Source: Tubulanus polymorphus (taxonomy: Eukaryota > Animalia > Nemertea). From it: a DNA stretch of 64,000 nt. The notes below the pieces were generated by a model. It saw nothing but the letters and a program-made list of their open reading frames with translations. It was not told the DNA's origin and did no database searches. The position numbers were made by a program, and so were the translations under genes. Below, piece after piece: positions 34,815 to 48,439 of this stretch. How positions within the stretch are numbered: position 1 is the stretch's first letter; each line of letters begins with the position of its first letter. The stretch lies in contig NC_134025.1 of assembly GCF_964204645.1 (NCBI RefSeq), forward strand, positions 20,063,101-20,127,100, given 5' to 3'.

Positions 34815-36058
34815 TTAGGCCAGCCGTAGGCTGAGCCTATTACTATACAAATGGAGCGAATTTAAATGACATGGTTTCCACACAAAAGGCTCTTTTGCTT
34901 GCCAAGTGAGGGCGTATTCGAACAAATCACGTATTTAAGCGTAATCCATTCTCGGAATCGTAGCGAGCAGAATTTTGAAATAGGGTCTCATAAAAATGTT
35001 TTCTGCATTTTTCACGAAAGTTAAATCGGGAAAATTTCAATTTTTATCAGCCAATCAGGAAGTTGTGTCTTCCCTGTGATTGGTTTATCTGAAAATATCA
35101 GCAGCTGTTCACGTGAATTATCGCGATTTCATTACTGGCGCTTTTGCGCATGACGTCATGTATCAACACGCGACAATACTTCCGCGTTCGCTGATTGGCC
35201 CATTTACTGGTAAAAATCCATAGAAGCCTAATGTGGTTTGTAACAAGCGCTGTGATTGGCCCGACCCGATTCTGGCATGGCTTTAGCTTAGTGGGTTCGA
35301 ATCCCTTGACGGGTGAAGATGATGGATCCTACCAATATCTATTGAAACAAATAAGTTTCCCGGTTGGGCAGCCGCGGATATCTACCGGAAGTGTTCCGGT
35401 TCGATATTTCGAGGTTTCTTTGAATTTTGGAGTGATATTGAAATCCGGTACATACCAGCGGTAGATTGTGAAAACCCATTGCATGATATTTGTATTATTT
35501 TTTATTAATCAACGAAAAGCGTCGGGGCCGCGCCAGGAGTTTTCGTGATTCAAGTAGCGCAATAGCCTACTTCTTCATGTTCGTCCACCTCAATTTTCAC
35601 TCCGCCGATCTCTGACACGGCTCTGTCCCCGTCGGCGCTGTGATTGCACTTTCGTACCACCAAAATTTTTTATTTCTATATCAGGGAGGTCTGGAGAATA
35701 AAAAAGTCAAAATTTGGATATCACATAGGCCTGATTTCATCGAATAAGTCGACCATGGTCGTTACGTTTCCGTACTTATTACCACCTAAAACCGTCTGAA
35801 CAATTTTGTCACAACCATCATTTCGTTTACAGAAATCAGGTGTTCACGTGAATCCGCGGTATCGTCTACTGTTTTACTTCCGGGTTTTATTTTAAGATTT
35901 AAAATTGTATTTCAAGATCGATTTCTATGAAATCTTTAGTTGATTTGGTGTTTGGGAGGAATTTTTATTTGCTCTACAGAAAATTAATCCTTGACAATTG
36001 CGCAAGGTTCGCGAAAAAAAGGTTTTACTATTGAGGTCGAGAGATAACCATCTAGATA
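34815..36058. mobile_element. Helitron/Helentron-like non-autonomous element (same family as 3208-3710, with ~700 bp extra internal sequence)
   Basis: Two blocks homologous to 3211-3510 and 3487-3700; ends near CTAG. Confidence 0.55.
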
Positions 36059-36074
36059 GTTCGTGTTAGTTCCA

Positions 36075-36740
36075 AAGTTTTGAAGACGCTTCAAGGTAAT
36101 GTCTTGATATTTGTTTTATACGTGTATCTACCCTAGACACATCTTCAGGCCAAAAACTGGCCCTGTCAGATTCAAGATGGCCGACTGGCAGCCATTGTTG
36201 TTCGCCAAAATCAGCCATTTTTACACATTTTTGAAGTTTTCGAGGGAAATTTTGAAGACACTTTTATCAATAACCTTGATCATTCGTATATATTTGTATC
36301 CCCCGAGGGCCCATCGGCATGAGAAAAATTGAGTCGATCGGACTCAAGATGGCCGTACTGTGACCTTTTTTGTTCCCAAAAATGTCAATTTTGGCCTGAA
36401 TTCTGAGTACTGTAGCTTTCTAATGGTGCGCCATGTTTCATTGCAATTTGTAATGGGTATTCTTTGGAAAGGGATCTTTTATATCCGAGAGGGTATATTT
36501 GACCAGGCAATTATGACGCACTTGGCAGCCATCTTGGGGTCATCAGTACTCATTCGTAGGTGGAAAAAAAGTTTTTCCACATCATAATTGATACTTAAGC
36601 ATATTTTGCTACTATAATCAATTGGAAAGTTGTAGCTCATGACATGTTCTATGATCGAGGTGAGTTTCAAGCTCATTGGTTTTTTTATGGCCACCTGGGG
36701 GCGTTGAACAATACAATAACTTAGTATTTCTATATTACAT
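36075..36740. mobile_element. Fragment of the HINE family seen at 47696-50933
   Basis: 36075-36545 matches 47790-48250; 36590-36735 is one ~150-bp satellite unit. Confidence 0.75.
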
Positions 36741-39299
36741 TCGTTCCTGCTGTCTGTGTTAACACACGATTTTACTATGTAAATGATATTGAGCAGGGAG
36801 TGTATATTGATAAATATAACCCACAGATTACATCATTTATAAAAAGCAAATCTGACAGGCTGGCCATTGTGCCCCTTGGGGCTCTTGTTGACTTTTCTTC
36901 TTGAGATGCACTACTGCTGGATTTTGGAACTGAAAATTTAAGTGAATCTGTACTACAAAATGTAGAAACTATTTCAGTCAACATAAAACAAATCTATAGT
37001 AACATACCTGTACTAGAACCCGCTTCAGCCAACAAGTCTGTATTTGGAGAAGGCGTTGAGTCTGAAGATGATGCTGGAAAAAAAATCAGGAACACATTTA
37101 AATCTTACAAATATACACACATATATAATACTGCTCAGAGATATAGTTAATAGATTTAACACTGATCAGAGATATAGTGATTACTTACCTAAAGGATCAA
37201 GGACTGTGAGCAGAAATCGTTTGCCATTTTCAACATTAAATTGTACTAACTTCATCAAGTCCAAGTGATAGCTGAAATCTCGCATACCCATCTCTGAAAT
37301 GGCTGAAGCAATTTTCTGAACAACTTGAAATGTCTTCCTGTATTTTTCATCACCCGACAGAACCCGAGAAGATTGTGGCTCCGTTCTGGTGACATCAATG
37401 AAGTTCTCATTCCAAGTCCTGCCAGAAAACAATAATACCACTAAATCTAGACGCAACACTTTTGATTTTCGCGTTGATCGATTCTAACCGATTATTCGTT
37501 GAATTCATCAAGTGGGCATGCTCACTTTTCAATCCTTCCACCTACTCGGTTCGAATATTGTTCCAATTTTTATCGAAGTACTGAGTGACAGTTCTCAAGC
37601 CTAACTTGTAGCACAGCATAATTTGCATTGTAGTCATCTTCCGATTTTGAATATGTCAATTTCGTTACGATTTCCAACACAGCATTTCTTTGATCTGAAC
37701 TTATTTTCATTTTTTCACAGGTAATTTCACGACGAAAAGAGCGTAGCGTGTGAAACAAACATATAAGCGCGTGTGAATTTTCAAATTCTTCTTTTAATAC
37801 TTCTCGTTCTGTCATGTCCTTATCTGTTACAACGACATTAGTCGACTTCCACTTTGGATTGTTCTTTTTGAAAAAGCGAGCCATCATCTGAATCAATTCT
37901 TTTGTCTCATCCAAAGCGATCCATAATCCAACAATTTCCGACTCTCCATTACCATCTATGGCCAGCAATACAAATAACGGCATTCGTAAATTGTTAAGTT
38001 TATGCGTTGCATCGATGAGCAAAACATCTGGGAATGCATCAAACACTTTTTGCGTTGATGGTGACTGGTAAAATATCCCGTGTAAAACATTGTCCGCATC
38101 AACCAGCACCTCAACAACTGAACCTAGAAAATGAAAAATACAAGTCCCTAAGATCATAGCCTTTAGGTAGATACACACAATTTGAATATCTAAGTAAAAA
38201 ATTTAGGTCAATGACACATACCTGGTGTTTTCTTCATTTCATTGATGAGTAACTCAAAATCATTTCCGTCGGTCATTTTACTTGAATGTGCCAAATTGTG
38301 AAGATCTTTGAGGCGCACAATTTTCCCAGTCGCGTTAATGACATGCTGTTGCAGGATTTTCTTGTTCGATCTCATTTCGAGCATCGATTTTACCATTTCT
38401 CGGTCCGAGCCATCTAGTCTCCTGACCTGCGGGAGATGATCATATGTAACCTGAAATTTAGAAAACAAAAACAGTTAAAGCGTTTTCAAAACTTCCCAAA
38501 TTAACTGTATTCTGTCTATGGACGGATGAAGTGAACGCAATAGACTAAAGTCCCAAGTGGGCTAAAAATGAACATAACATATCACATAATTCATGTACAT
38601 AATTACCTTGCTGATCTCATGGTTGTGTTCTTCTGACATAGCTGTTACCACTAAAGAATTTCCATCAGTAGATGTCCGCAACTTGACAAAAAATGTACAA
38701 TCTTGTTTGAGGGTCCTGAAAGAGGAAATAATACAACGATAACTTTTCATTCATACAGTACTGCGGCAAATCCAAAGAAACAATGTTTGTTCGTTACTGC
38801 TGCACTGTGCCATGTGACTGTGTTACTACAGATGGCGCGGAAGTCCGTCGGTTCCGTACAAATAGCCTCCGGAGTAATCCGTACGGGTCCGTACGAATAG
38901 CTTCCGGAGTAATCCGTACGGGTCCGTACGAATAGCCACTTTGTTTATTTTATTACATACTTTACAAGGTATTTTGTATACACCAATGTTCAAAGGTTCC
39001 GTTTTGCAGGAATTGTGAGTTAAGTTATGACTAAGTTTATTATTGTAAGTGAAAACGAGCTGTTTGTTAAGGAGATGAAGGGGGGTTTATGATTTCTCCA
39101 AAAAAGGAACAAAAGGTACGACGATGGGCTGTTTCTGAGGGCGTGAAACTCGAGAATTACAAAAATGGGTCCCAAGGGGTTTGAAAAAGAGCTTTATTCA
39201 AAAGGTCGTTAGGATAAGCTAACTTATTAATTATGAATGCACACATCTAAAAATGGGATTTTTCCGATCAACTTCCAATTCAAATGTGAAGTTCAACGA

Positions 39300-40720
39300 G
39301 GGGTAAAAGGAGCTACAATATCAATATCAAAGTCGCAAGGAATAAGCGTAAGAACGTCATCAACATATCGTACATGGCATACATGTGAGCATTAAAGTCA
39401 CCCGTAATTAGTACATTAAAATCATTTTCAATCTTTAATAATTCTAACTCTATTTCACTTATTGCTCAATTCGAATAATAATCTAAACAACTTATAAATG
39501 ATACTGATTCCACCTGAACTCCTTTTCGAAATTTTTTCCTGTTTTTAAAATGTGACACATACGAACCGGGTAAATCATTGGTTAGATTCCCATCAACATC
39601 GTCGAGGTGGGTTTCAGTTAAACATACAAAATCATAGCTACTAATGAAATCACTAAATTCAGGGACACCAAGTTTACTATCAATACCGCAAATATTGAGA
39701 CTTACAAATTTAATCTCTTTAATCGACTGTGATTCACCTACGCCTACTTCATTTTCTATATTAAAATTAAGGTTATCAGTATCCAAATTGGTTCTTTCAT
39801 GATTTACAACAGGGACAACATTTTCATTTACTTCATCATATACATCCAAACTGCTCCTTTCGTTATTTACATCAAACACTCTTCTTTCATTATCTACATC
39901 AAACTCTCTTTCATTATTTAGACCAAACTCTCTTCTTTCATTATTTACATCAAACTCTATTCTTTCATTATTTACAACAGATTCGCTTATTTCATTAATT
40001 AAATCAAACCTGTTATTTGTACTATTTACATCAGTATTGTTGTCAAAAAGAGTAAAACTATCCACAAAGTCTAGCGCATAGCATCGACCCTTTACAAAAA
40101 TCACCGTCCGATCGACAAACTCCACACGTATAACACCTTCCACTGCATCCTAGCTGCTGTCCATGGCAACACGTTCCCGGCGATCATGGATGACAAGTTT
40201 GTCTCTGGCGAAAAACGTGTGTTTCCCGCTGGCTTTCGCAGCCCTGAGTTCCGGTAACAGTTCGCGTCTACGTGCGGCCCACTCGTCTGGAACTTGATCG
40301 CTCAAGCCTAATGAAGTACCGGCTAGATTCCTCGCTACCGAACGCACTAACTCTCTGTCCTTAAAATATTCGAATTTCGCCACTATCGCACGCGGTTTTT
40401 TCTGGTCGCTCTTTCTTTTTACAAGACGGTGGACGCGCGCAAACTCAAAAGCCTCGACTGATTCTTTCGCTAGCTTAAGTGCAAAAATCTCGCACCATTT
40501 TTTCTGCATCTCTACCATCAGTCTCTCCAAGGCCGTAGAAGATAAGATTGTCCCGCATACTACGCCACTGTTGGTCGAGTAAGAGTTCGTGACCCGATTT
40601 GACGATGGTCTCCAGGTTCGCAACAATTTGTTCGAGTTCTTTTACTCTGTTCTTCTCTGTTCAGCACCTTATTTTCACTTTTTAATTGTAGCACGTCCTG
40701 ATGGCAGAACTCCAGAGATT
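39300..40720 (-). mobile_element. Non-LTR retrotransposon 5' part: ORF1 and ORF2 apurinic endonuclease start
   Basis: ORF1 motifs WRSMRDNLIFYGL and PRAIVAKFEYFKDRELV...LSDQVP; APE motifs FVSLNICG, DFVCLTETHL and LITGDFNA; short tandem repeats at ~39840-39980. Confidence 0.8.
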
Positions 40721-41059
40721 GTTTCACTTCACTCATGTCTTTCTGTAGATCGTCTAAATGTTCTAATTTCCTGAGTTGAGATAGAATCGCATATATATAT
40801 TCCGCTGTCCTCGCGCGATGTCGTTTTCTCTGGTATCTTCTGTTCCAAAATTTGTTGAAGCTGCTTGTCCGAGATCGGTATTAGCTGCGGCTGGCGATTA
40901 TTGTTCGTTTTGATGTTCCACTGGTCTTCAGTTGCTTCCTCGGTGGTGAAGTGCTCTGCCTGCCTGTCTTTTTCTTCAGATCTCACAGGCACAGATTTTG
41001 TAGTTAAAAGTAAAAAAGAAAGGAATAAGTGAAGTTTCAATTATTTAAAAAATTATCTG

Positions 41060-42380
41060 GCAGCAAGGGAGGGAGCAAAATCAAAAAATCGAAAGCGTCC
41101 ACTGACTTTACTGCTGGGTCTGGGCGCCAGCTCACGTAATGAGGTAACTGATGGTTCGTCCTGTCTGCGAACAGGTCCACTTACTTGGAAAGAACCCAGA
41201 ACAAGATCGATCTGCCTGAAAACACTCCATTTCAGACACCAATTGCTGTCGTCCCTCAGATTCCGGGAGAGTCAATCTGCTTCCTGGTTGTCCTTCCCTT
41301 GGAGATACTCTGCCGACAACACGATTTGTTTGTCCAAACAATAGTCCCACAGAATCTTTGTCCCTTCGATCAGAGGGACTGAACGGGGATTCCCCATTTT
41401 GTTTACCAGCGTGACAGCTGTCTGGTTGTCCAATTTTAAATGAATGTGTTTTCTGGACACATCTGCGGTAAATGCCCTCACTGCAAGCTCCACTGCCTTC
41501 AACTCAAGGACATTTATGTGTCTGGAGCTTTCCTTGAGAGTCAAAAGACCCAGTTCCGCCCCAACCGCGGTGAGAGGCATCTGTGATTATTACTAAGTCT
41601 GGACTTGGAGACAGAATTGACTTCCCGTGCCAGTCAGAGAGGCGTTCGATCCACCAACGGAGCTCTGTTAGGCATTCCGCTGTAAATGTGAGTTTGTTGT
41701 CGTAACTCCAGTTTCTCACTCCGATCCCTAACACCCTTTGAAGGTGCCGAAACTGTAACAGAGCAGGGAGAACTGCTCTCCCTGTAGCCAATTTTGAAAT
41801 GGAGGTAAGTGATGAACTTGTTTAGGGTCTTCATATTGAAAATAGGGTGGAACCCCCCGTCTTTCTTCGGTCTGACAAATAGCTGCCCCAAGAACTCTCC
41901 TTTGGTCCGGTTTGCCTCCGTTATAGCCCCTTTTTGGGCCATTTACTTGACTTCCGAATCGAGCACCACAGTCTCCCCCTGTTGGAACCGAGGGTTTGCC
42001 GGTCTGTGGAGTTGGGTCGGGGTCTCCAGAAATTCTATCAAATGTCCCGACACAGCCTGCAGTATATAATGGTCTTAGGTTATTTTTTTTCAGTTCCCAA
42101 AAAATACTGTAACCTTCCCGCTTGGGGAAGGTCCTTCCTCTCGCTCGTCTAGATTCAGAGCTTTCAATTGAGGGTAGATGAACGGTAGCAGGTCCCCCAA
42201 AGACAAACCTGAACTAAACCTCGCCCCCTGAAAGTGGGGTTGGTATAGGTGCTTCAACCTCTTGTCACTGAAAACTGGCAGCCCGTCCCCTCAAAGGCTG
42301 GTCTGGAGGAGGGCCCGGCGATATAGGGTCTTGAAACCCCGACGCGACGAGCTTTTACTCGGTTCCTTGGCATTGCCAGG
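41060..42380 (-). mobile_element. DIRS-type (tyrosine recombinase) retrotransposon RT/RNase H fragment
   Basis: LFVRPKKDGGFHPIFNMKTLN, LRWW, IITDASHRGWG, HINVLELKAV, LDNQTAV, LQGKDNQEAD and YVSWRPDP..VDAF; multiple frameshifts. Confidence 0.85.
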
Positions 42381-42382
42381 GT

Positions 42383-43413
42383 CTATTGTGGAGTGACTGG
42401 TGTTAAGATCACTCTAGGGTGTGGACACGACTTTTTAGCGTAGTCTAGGAGGGCATGCTTTTGTCCTAGCAATTCATCGCGTACAACACAAAGTTTATCA
42501 CATTCAACTCGCAGCTTGTCACAAGACCGGCACGCAGAAACCGTGGGGTTAAAGTTTGACGCCAATTCGGCCACTTTCGACAACATAGTCACGAGTTGTT
42601 TGTTCAAAGAGTTTATCTTCTCAGATTGAGTCTTGTTAGTTGAGTTCAGTTCTTTGTTCAGCATGGTAACTAGACCTCGTTCTTGCTTCATTGATTTGAG
42701 CTTCAAGGAGGTATTCTTGTCGGAAAGGCTGAGTATGTGTGAGATGTGTTTCATTTCATATCTCTCACAAGCGCAGCACAACTAGAATGAGCGGTAGTCG
42801 GAGCCGTATCAATTACCACACCGGCATCCCGTGTTCCGATTGACGGGAAGATATCAAACGAATAAGACCAGCACAATTTTCGCATTCGAATTTCCTCTTC
42901 GAGTTACGATGAACGTATAGCTGGTAGCGCGGGAGCCTAGAACACTTAAAGTGTACCCACATATTACAGTTATCGCACTATCATGTTGTCGAAGTCATCT
43001 AGCTCGCAGAATGGACAGCTAGATGTTGGGCCAGCTGTACTGGGACCACAAGGCGAAGTATTTTCTGATATGGTAGCGGCAGAGTTACATGCAGCAGGCA
43101 GGATATCAGCAGAGGTTGTAGACGTGGAACAGTATTGCAAAATGGGCACTGAACGTTCAGTCCCTAATGTGTCACGGCTGAAGACATGCGTATCGGGATC
43201 ATTTCCAATAAAGTCATAAGCAGCAGCCAAGTCGTAGAATCTCTGGTGCAGGGCCCCAGAGAAACCTTTTACAGAGGCTTGACAGATCTCCCAGTCGAGA
43301 TAAATGCCGGGCCTATGGCCTCTCGCCAACGCGTAGTATGATTGCTTCTTCTGCTTGTTGTTGTTGTTGTTGGTGGGCGCCATCTTGTTTTCGGAGTATT
43401 CCACTTTACTCAC
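42383..43413 (-). mobile_element. Probable retrotransposon ORF1 with RNase H1 N-terminal (viroplasmin) domain, PHD finger and coiled coil (frameshifted)
   Basis: YYALARGHRPGIYLDWEICQASVKGFSGALHQRF; CPFC...CDNCNMWVHFKCSRLP...KFECENC across a frameshift at ~42978; heptad-rich ORF 42383-42781. Confidence 0.7.
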
Positions 43414-43639
43414 AATGACAATGGGCGAGCGGATATAAGTTCATTTAACACGGTAACTCGCAAAACTAAGTCACTAAGACTGAAATTGAAGATACTTAGA
43501 GTAGTAAACTTACTCAAGAGAGAAGAGTTAGACAATAATTATGACTCGGTCAGCCATCTAGAAGACTATTTACGCAGAGGAGAATCGACGATATACCGCA
43601 AACATTATACCAGAAGTTCGATCAAAAGATCAAAATTGT

Positions 43640-46023
43640 CAAATCTTTAGCCTGACCACATCTGGCAATAAAATCACCACAAATGATATGATATGTCCCT
43701 TTGGTTCAAACTGTATTATATCTTGCATTATACAGTAATAAGGGTCAGCAATAGTAGGGTCTATATATACTGTAGAATTAGAGGGCGGAATATAAACACA
43801 TGCTAAAAAGACATCGTTTTTCAAACTGTGGCTTTAATCAAAGAGAGTTTTCTTAATCCTTATCCATAGAACAATGTCCCTAGATTTAACTAATTTCTAA
43901 CGGCTATGGCAATTCCTCCAGATGCACATTTCGCATTAACATTGTAAGCCCTGTCAGCTCTTATAATTGAATAACCATTCATTATTACAATCGAGATGAG
44001 TTTCTTGAAGACATATAATGTCAAAATTATTCAATATAGCCTCAGCTTATTTCAAAATATCAAAGTTTTTAGAACTTAACCCACATACATTCCAAGAGGC
44101 AATTTTTAATAATGATTGCATTTTGTGATATGAGATCTGTAATGATAGCACGTCGAGACAGAGAGTGCAAATAATACTGTCAGTGATACACTACAAAAAT
44201 GAATAGTATATCAAAGTGAGAATAGACTCTTATATTTACATACGCAACGAAAAAAAAGTAAAATGCCTAATATAAAATATGATATGTCGCTAACAGTATA
44301 CTGCATTTTGGTAACTAACTAACAAACTATAAATAGGGATATGAATGACCCCAAAAACGAGAATAAGCACCAAACTACGTAGATACAATTTTTATAACGG
44401 TACGACTATAGCGCAATGCACGAATAATATTTGAGGCTAAGATTGCAGTGCCTTCCTTCGACGGGTGAATATCATCTCTAAAAAGGTTTTTCGGAAGGCG
44501 ACAGTTACGAATGAAGTTGTCATTGTTTACATATTGTATATATGAATGGGCTTTTGAGGACGCCTTGCGCAAATAATGGTTGAAATCTTGCACCTTGTCA
44601 TTGAAATCTTTATCTCAACTTGGTATCAGTCGCGAAAGGATTACTTTAGCTCCGTAGTATCTTGATATATTTTCGGCGATTTCTGCAAGAAAGTATGCTC
44701 TGTCGGCTGTATCAATCATATAGTTACAACTACGAATATCATTGGTACCGATATGTATGATAATAATCTTATGGTTTCCACTGTAATTTCGCGACCACTC
44801 ATGGAGATCTTCTAGATAAGAGACCCTCTGATGATCGATAGAAGCATTTATATTGCGGCACAATCTTTCGGTTTCGATTCCCTTTAAGATGGAATCTGCG
44901 ATTATGAGCACTGGAACTTGTGCTGCGGATTTGGACACGCTGCCCTTAGACGGTTCGCAAAGTTCCATTTTGCGGGTTGCAACTGACCACGTATTCGGTA
45001 CTTGTCATGCTTACTACTACGAATCTGTTTAGTTTCTGACAGATCAAGTCTGAATTCCCTGAGCGATTTCTCAATGTAGTTACCCAGCTGAATGATCTCA
45101 TCTTGCCTTTTTGAGAATAAGCTCTTGCGACTCGGCCATTGAATCACGTTGTAGATCGCTTTGGGATTGGGTATCCTGGTGCAAACTTTTCACACATTGT
45201 GAAATTGAATTCGCAGTGTTGGACATACCACAGGCAGACTTCGATAAATTTTTGACTTTAGGCGTCAAATCAATTTTTGTATTCGCTTCCATGTTAGCTA
45301 AAATCAGTTGCGAGTCAGCAATAAGACCTTTTACATTAGTTTGAAGTAGCTCATGGTCAAGTATCAACTTCTCCGTGGAAATAACTAGGTGATTAAGCGA
45401 TGGCGAAAACTCGGTGACAGCTTTTTCGAGACCGGACACTGCTTCCACTAATGCGCCACACAGTGGACATTTCTCGTCCTTCCTCGCCACCTTTGCGGAG
45501 GATTTCTTGCAGGGGTTTTGGAAGTTCTTACAGGCACAATATCGGACTCAAATCCCCAGATAGACTGAGAGACGGCATACTCAGGTAATACATTTTGCTT
45601 AATACCACCATCGACCAATTGGAGTAGGGCCGGAAACTCGATCTTAGCCCAATAATCGTTATGGGCACTTTGGACGGTTATAATATGGGTTGTTAAGTAA
45701 ACGTTAACGATATAGACAGAAACTGAGTTCTCATTCAAATCATTTCTGCGGATCTGGACTGATATGCTTTCAACTTTATCACCTTCAGATTCAGTATCAA
45801 TCCAATTACAAAGAAAATCGGTCGATTCTTCAAAGCAAATGTAATATCGACTTAGAAGCGCACCAATCCAACGCAGGAGTCTATCCGCCGATGTCTTTTG
45901 AACTGATTCACGCCACGGGCTAAGGACTGATTTAAAGTTGGCTGCTATAATGGCAGCTAAGTGGCGACTGCTTTTGAAGACTTGTTGAACCCTAAACTGG
46001 GTGAATTGGCAATTTGATGCCAT
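43640..46023 (-). mobile_element. CR1/L2-group LINE 5' part: ORF1 with SGNH esterase and start of the APE endonuclease
   Basis: VLIIADSILKGI, IHIGTNDI and RDDIHPSKEG (SGNH blocks); KIASWNVCGL at ~44100; LACVYIPPSNS. Confidence 0.82.
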
Positions 46024-46363
46024 TTTTGGGGATTTTTAGTGATGTATTGTGACATCATCTTAATATACTTGCGTAAACACAACATGAGCGGATTTGTGCA
46101 ACATTTGCTGTCAAATTTACAAGTAGGCTTTTTATATTTTGATGATTAAATGTATAAAATTCAGACTAATGTCTACTTCAACCTGACTTGGGAGCTTTCC
46201 GGGTGGCCTAGCTAAGTCAGTTTTGGTTGTACATACCGGATAAAAGTCTTATTAGGGCCAGAATGCATTGGCAGCTGACCTAAAATATCGTTTTTTAATC
46301 CACTTTAGACTATTGAAGGACATCCAAAAAGTCTGCATTGAGAGGGGTTCCTGAGAGAAAAGA

Positions 46364-46496
46364 AATATTCTATTTTGATGGCATATGATTTGAAAGTTTA
46401 ACAATGTGTCTCCATGCCTACGAACTGAAGTTTGGTACGTAGGCATGGAAACATATTGTTAAACTTTCAAATCATATGCCATCAAAATAGAATATT
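46364..46496. repeat. Long inverted repeat (59-bp arms, 15-nt loop)
   Basis: 46364-46422 is the reverse complement of 46438-46496 with 2 mismatches. Confidence 0.95.
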
Positions 46497-46554
46497 ATGT
46501 TAAATTCATTTTCAAATGTGATTTATTCACAAATATCAAATATGGAACTGGTTT

Positions 46555-47094
46555 GAATTTTAGTTCAGCCATTACTGAGAAATGTGACTTTTAAATCGGC
46601 AATTTCAGCACGTGCTCACTGTTATTGTTAATCTTAGCAGGTGCGTGTTTCTGACATCATCTCTGACAAACGCTCGCGGCTTCCAGTCATTTCACTAAAC
46701 ATTTCATGCTTTGAGTGATTTGAATTAATAAACTCTTAACATTGTATAGTGTTGCTATTGTAATAATTGTAAATAAGTGAGTAGCGCTGTAGGTCAGTGA
46801 ATACGATGAACAAATGGTGTTTATTTTATCGATTATACATAAGCTACGCGTACTAGCATGCACACCTGCTTGTTGATTGTCATAGTTAACATCATTAATA
46901 GCAGCACCCGCGGTTTAAATATGAACTATACACTCGGAGTGAAGGATAAAATAGATGACTATTCCGCTAACTCTTACGGCTAATTCGTGCTCCTTTTTTC
47001 AATACGTCACATCTCGGGTCGTTATATGTATACTAAAGGTTCTTCTGGTTAAGAAATGGCGGAAAGTACAATTTTGATGGCATTTGCCCTTTAA
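46555..47094. mobile_element. Interspersed repeat shared with 59280-59820 (possibly non-autonomous Kolobok; ends GCCCT-TTAA)
   Basis: CTTTTAAATC..CAATTTCA.CACGTGCTCACTGTTAT...GCAGGTGC.TGTTT.TGACATCATCTCT occurs in both, and both end GCCCTTTAA. Confidence 0.55.
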
Positions 47095-48439
47095 GCAGTA
47101 GTGTATATCTGATGAATTGTTTCATTTTGAACATATCGTTGATGCTCCAGATCTTGTTATCTAGACTATTAGACAAACTTCATATGCACAAGGTGAAAAT
47201 TTTGTTCTATGAACTAACAGAGACAATTAGTTTGGGAAGCCTAATAGCATTAATGTGTTCTTAAGCTGGCTGCTTGACCAATCTACAGTTACTAATTGCC
47301 ATTACTGCAGTCACATACACAAGCAAATCAATTAATTTGATATTTCTACAAATGAAAATATGCAAATTCATGTTTTCCTGATTCCTGGCTTTTACCTCTA
47401 TTATTTTTTTAGATACGGAATCTGATTTAAGCATGTCCATGAAATTTTTAATGAGTAAGCTTTTGTAACCTCAAGAGCTTGTCTCCGTTAAAACAAGCAC
47501 TGTGTCAGTGGTCGGGGTGAATTTTGCAACTGCTGTTAGTTTGTCAGCAACTAGTATTTCGAATCATTTTGAAAGCCCTGGTAGATCAGGATAAACTTTG
47601 ACGTTGTTCAAGACATCCTGTTGGATACTGTTCAGACTCTGCAAAATGGTGTCAGAGTTCTCGGAAAAACTTGACGCAGCAAAACCAATGCTCCCTTTTT
47701 AGCCCACTTGGGACTTTAGTCCCAGCAGGCTATTTCGTTCACTTTTCGTCCGTCGTTCGTCCGTAGACGGAATCCAGTTATTTTGGGAAGTTTTGAAGAC
47801 ACTTCAACGTAATCTTGATATTTGGTTTATACGTGTATCTACCCTAGACACATCTTCAGCAAAAACTGCCCCTGTCAGATTCAAGATGGCCGACTGGCAG
47901 CCATTGTTGTTTGCCAAAAAAGCACTTTTTACACATTTTCGAAGTTCTCGGGGGAAATTTTGAAGACGCTTTTGTCAATTACTGTGATCGTTCGTATATA
48001 TTTGTATCCCCCAGGGCCCATCAGCATGAGAAAAATTGGGTCGATCAGACTCAAGATGGCTGTCCTGTGACCTTTTTTGTGCCCGAAAATGTCAATTTTG
48101 GTCTGAATTCTGAGTCCTGTAGCTTTCTAATAGTTTGCCAATTTTCATTGCAATTTATGATGGGTATTCTTTGCAAAGGTATCATTTAAACCCGAGAGGT
48201 ATATATGATCAGGCAATTATGACGCAATTGGCGGCCATCTTGGTGTCATTCGAACAACCTTGGTGTTTTTCGAACAACCACCGCCGGCAAACTGACGAAC
48301 GGATGGACGACCGACCTACTGCCTCCCTCCCTCCCTCACAGCACCGGGTCGTAACGCTTCAAGTTTCAAGGTCATTGGTTTTTGTATATGGCCTCTAGAA
48401 TGTGTTGAACAATACAATAACTTAGTATATCTATATTAT

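Larger units (their letters stand above)
31075..38943 (-). mobile_element. Mutator/MULE transposon (spliced ZSWIM1/3-like transposase, decayed) hosting nested insertions
   Basis: TIRs CAAAGTGGCTATTCGTACGGACCCGTACGGATTA and its reverse complement; 9-bp flanks TATATTTTA / TTTATTTTA (8/9 match); transposase exons include LLIDATHKLN, VVTDKD, ICLFH and KRGRPKG. Confidence 0.85.

Noticed and set aside
35270-35320. GGTTCGAATCCC B-box suggesting a tRNA
   Set aside because: No cloverleaf or acceptor stem could be built; it lies inside a repeat element.
36111-36587. ORFs repeated at 47822-48398 suggesting a duplicated gene
   Set aside because: These are chance ORFs in non-coding HINE copies; frames and stops are not conserved.
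37570-38468. Host ZSWIM3-like gene
   Set aside because: It is enclosed by TIRs and a TSD and is internally disrupted, so it is a MULE transposase.
42970-43413. Host RNase H1 gene
   Set aside because: Only the N-terminal hybrid-binding domain is present; it is followed by a PHD finger and frameshifts, not an RNase H catalytic domain.
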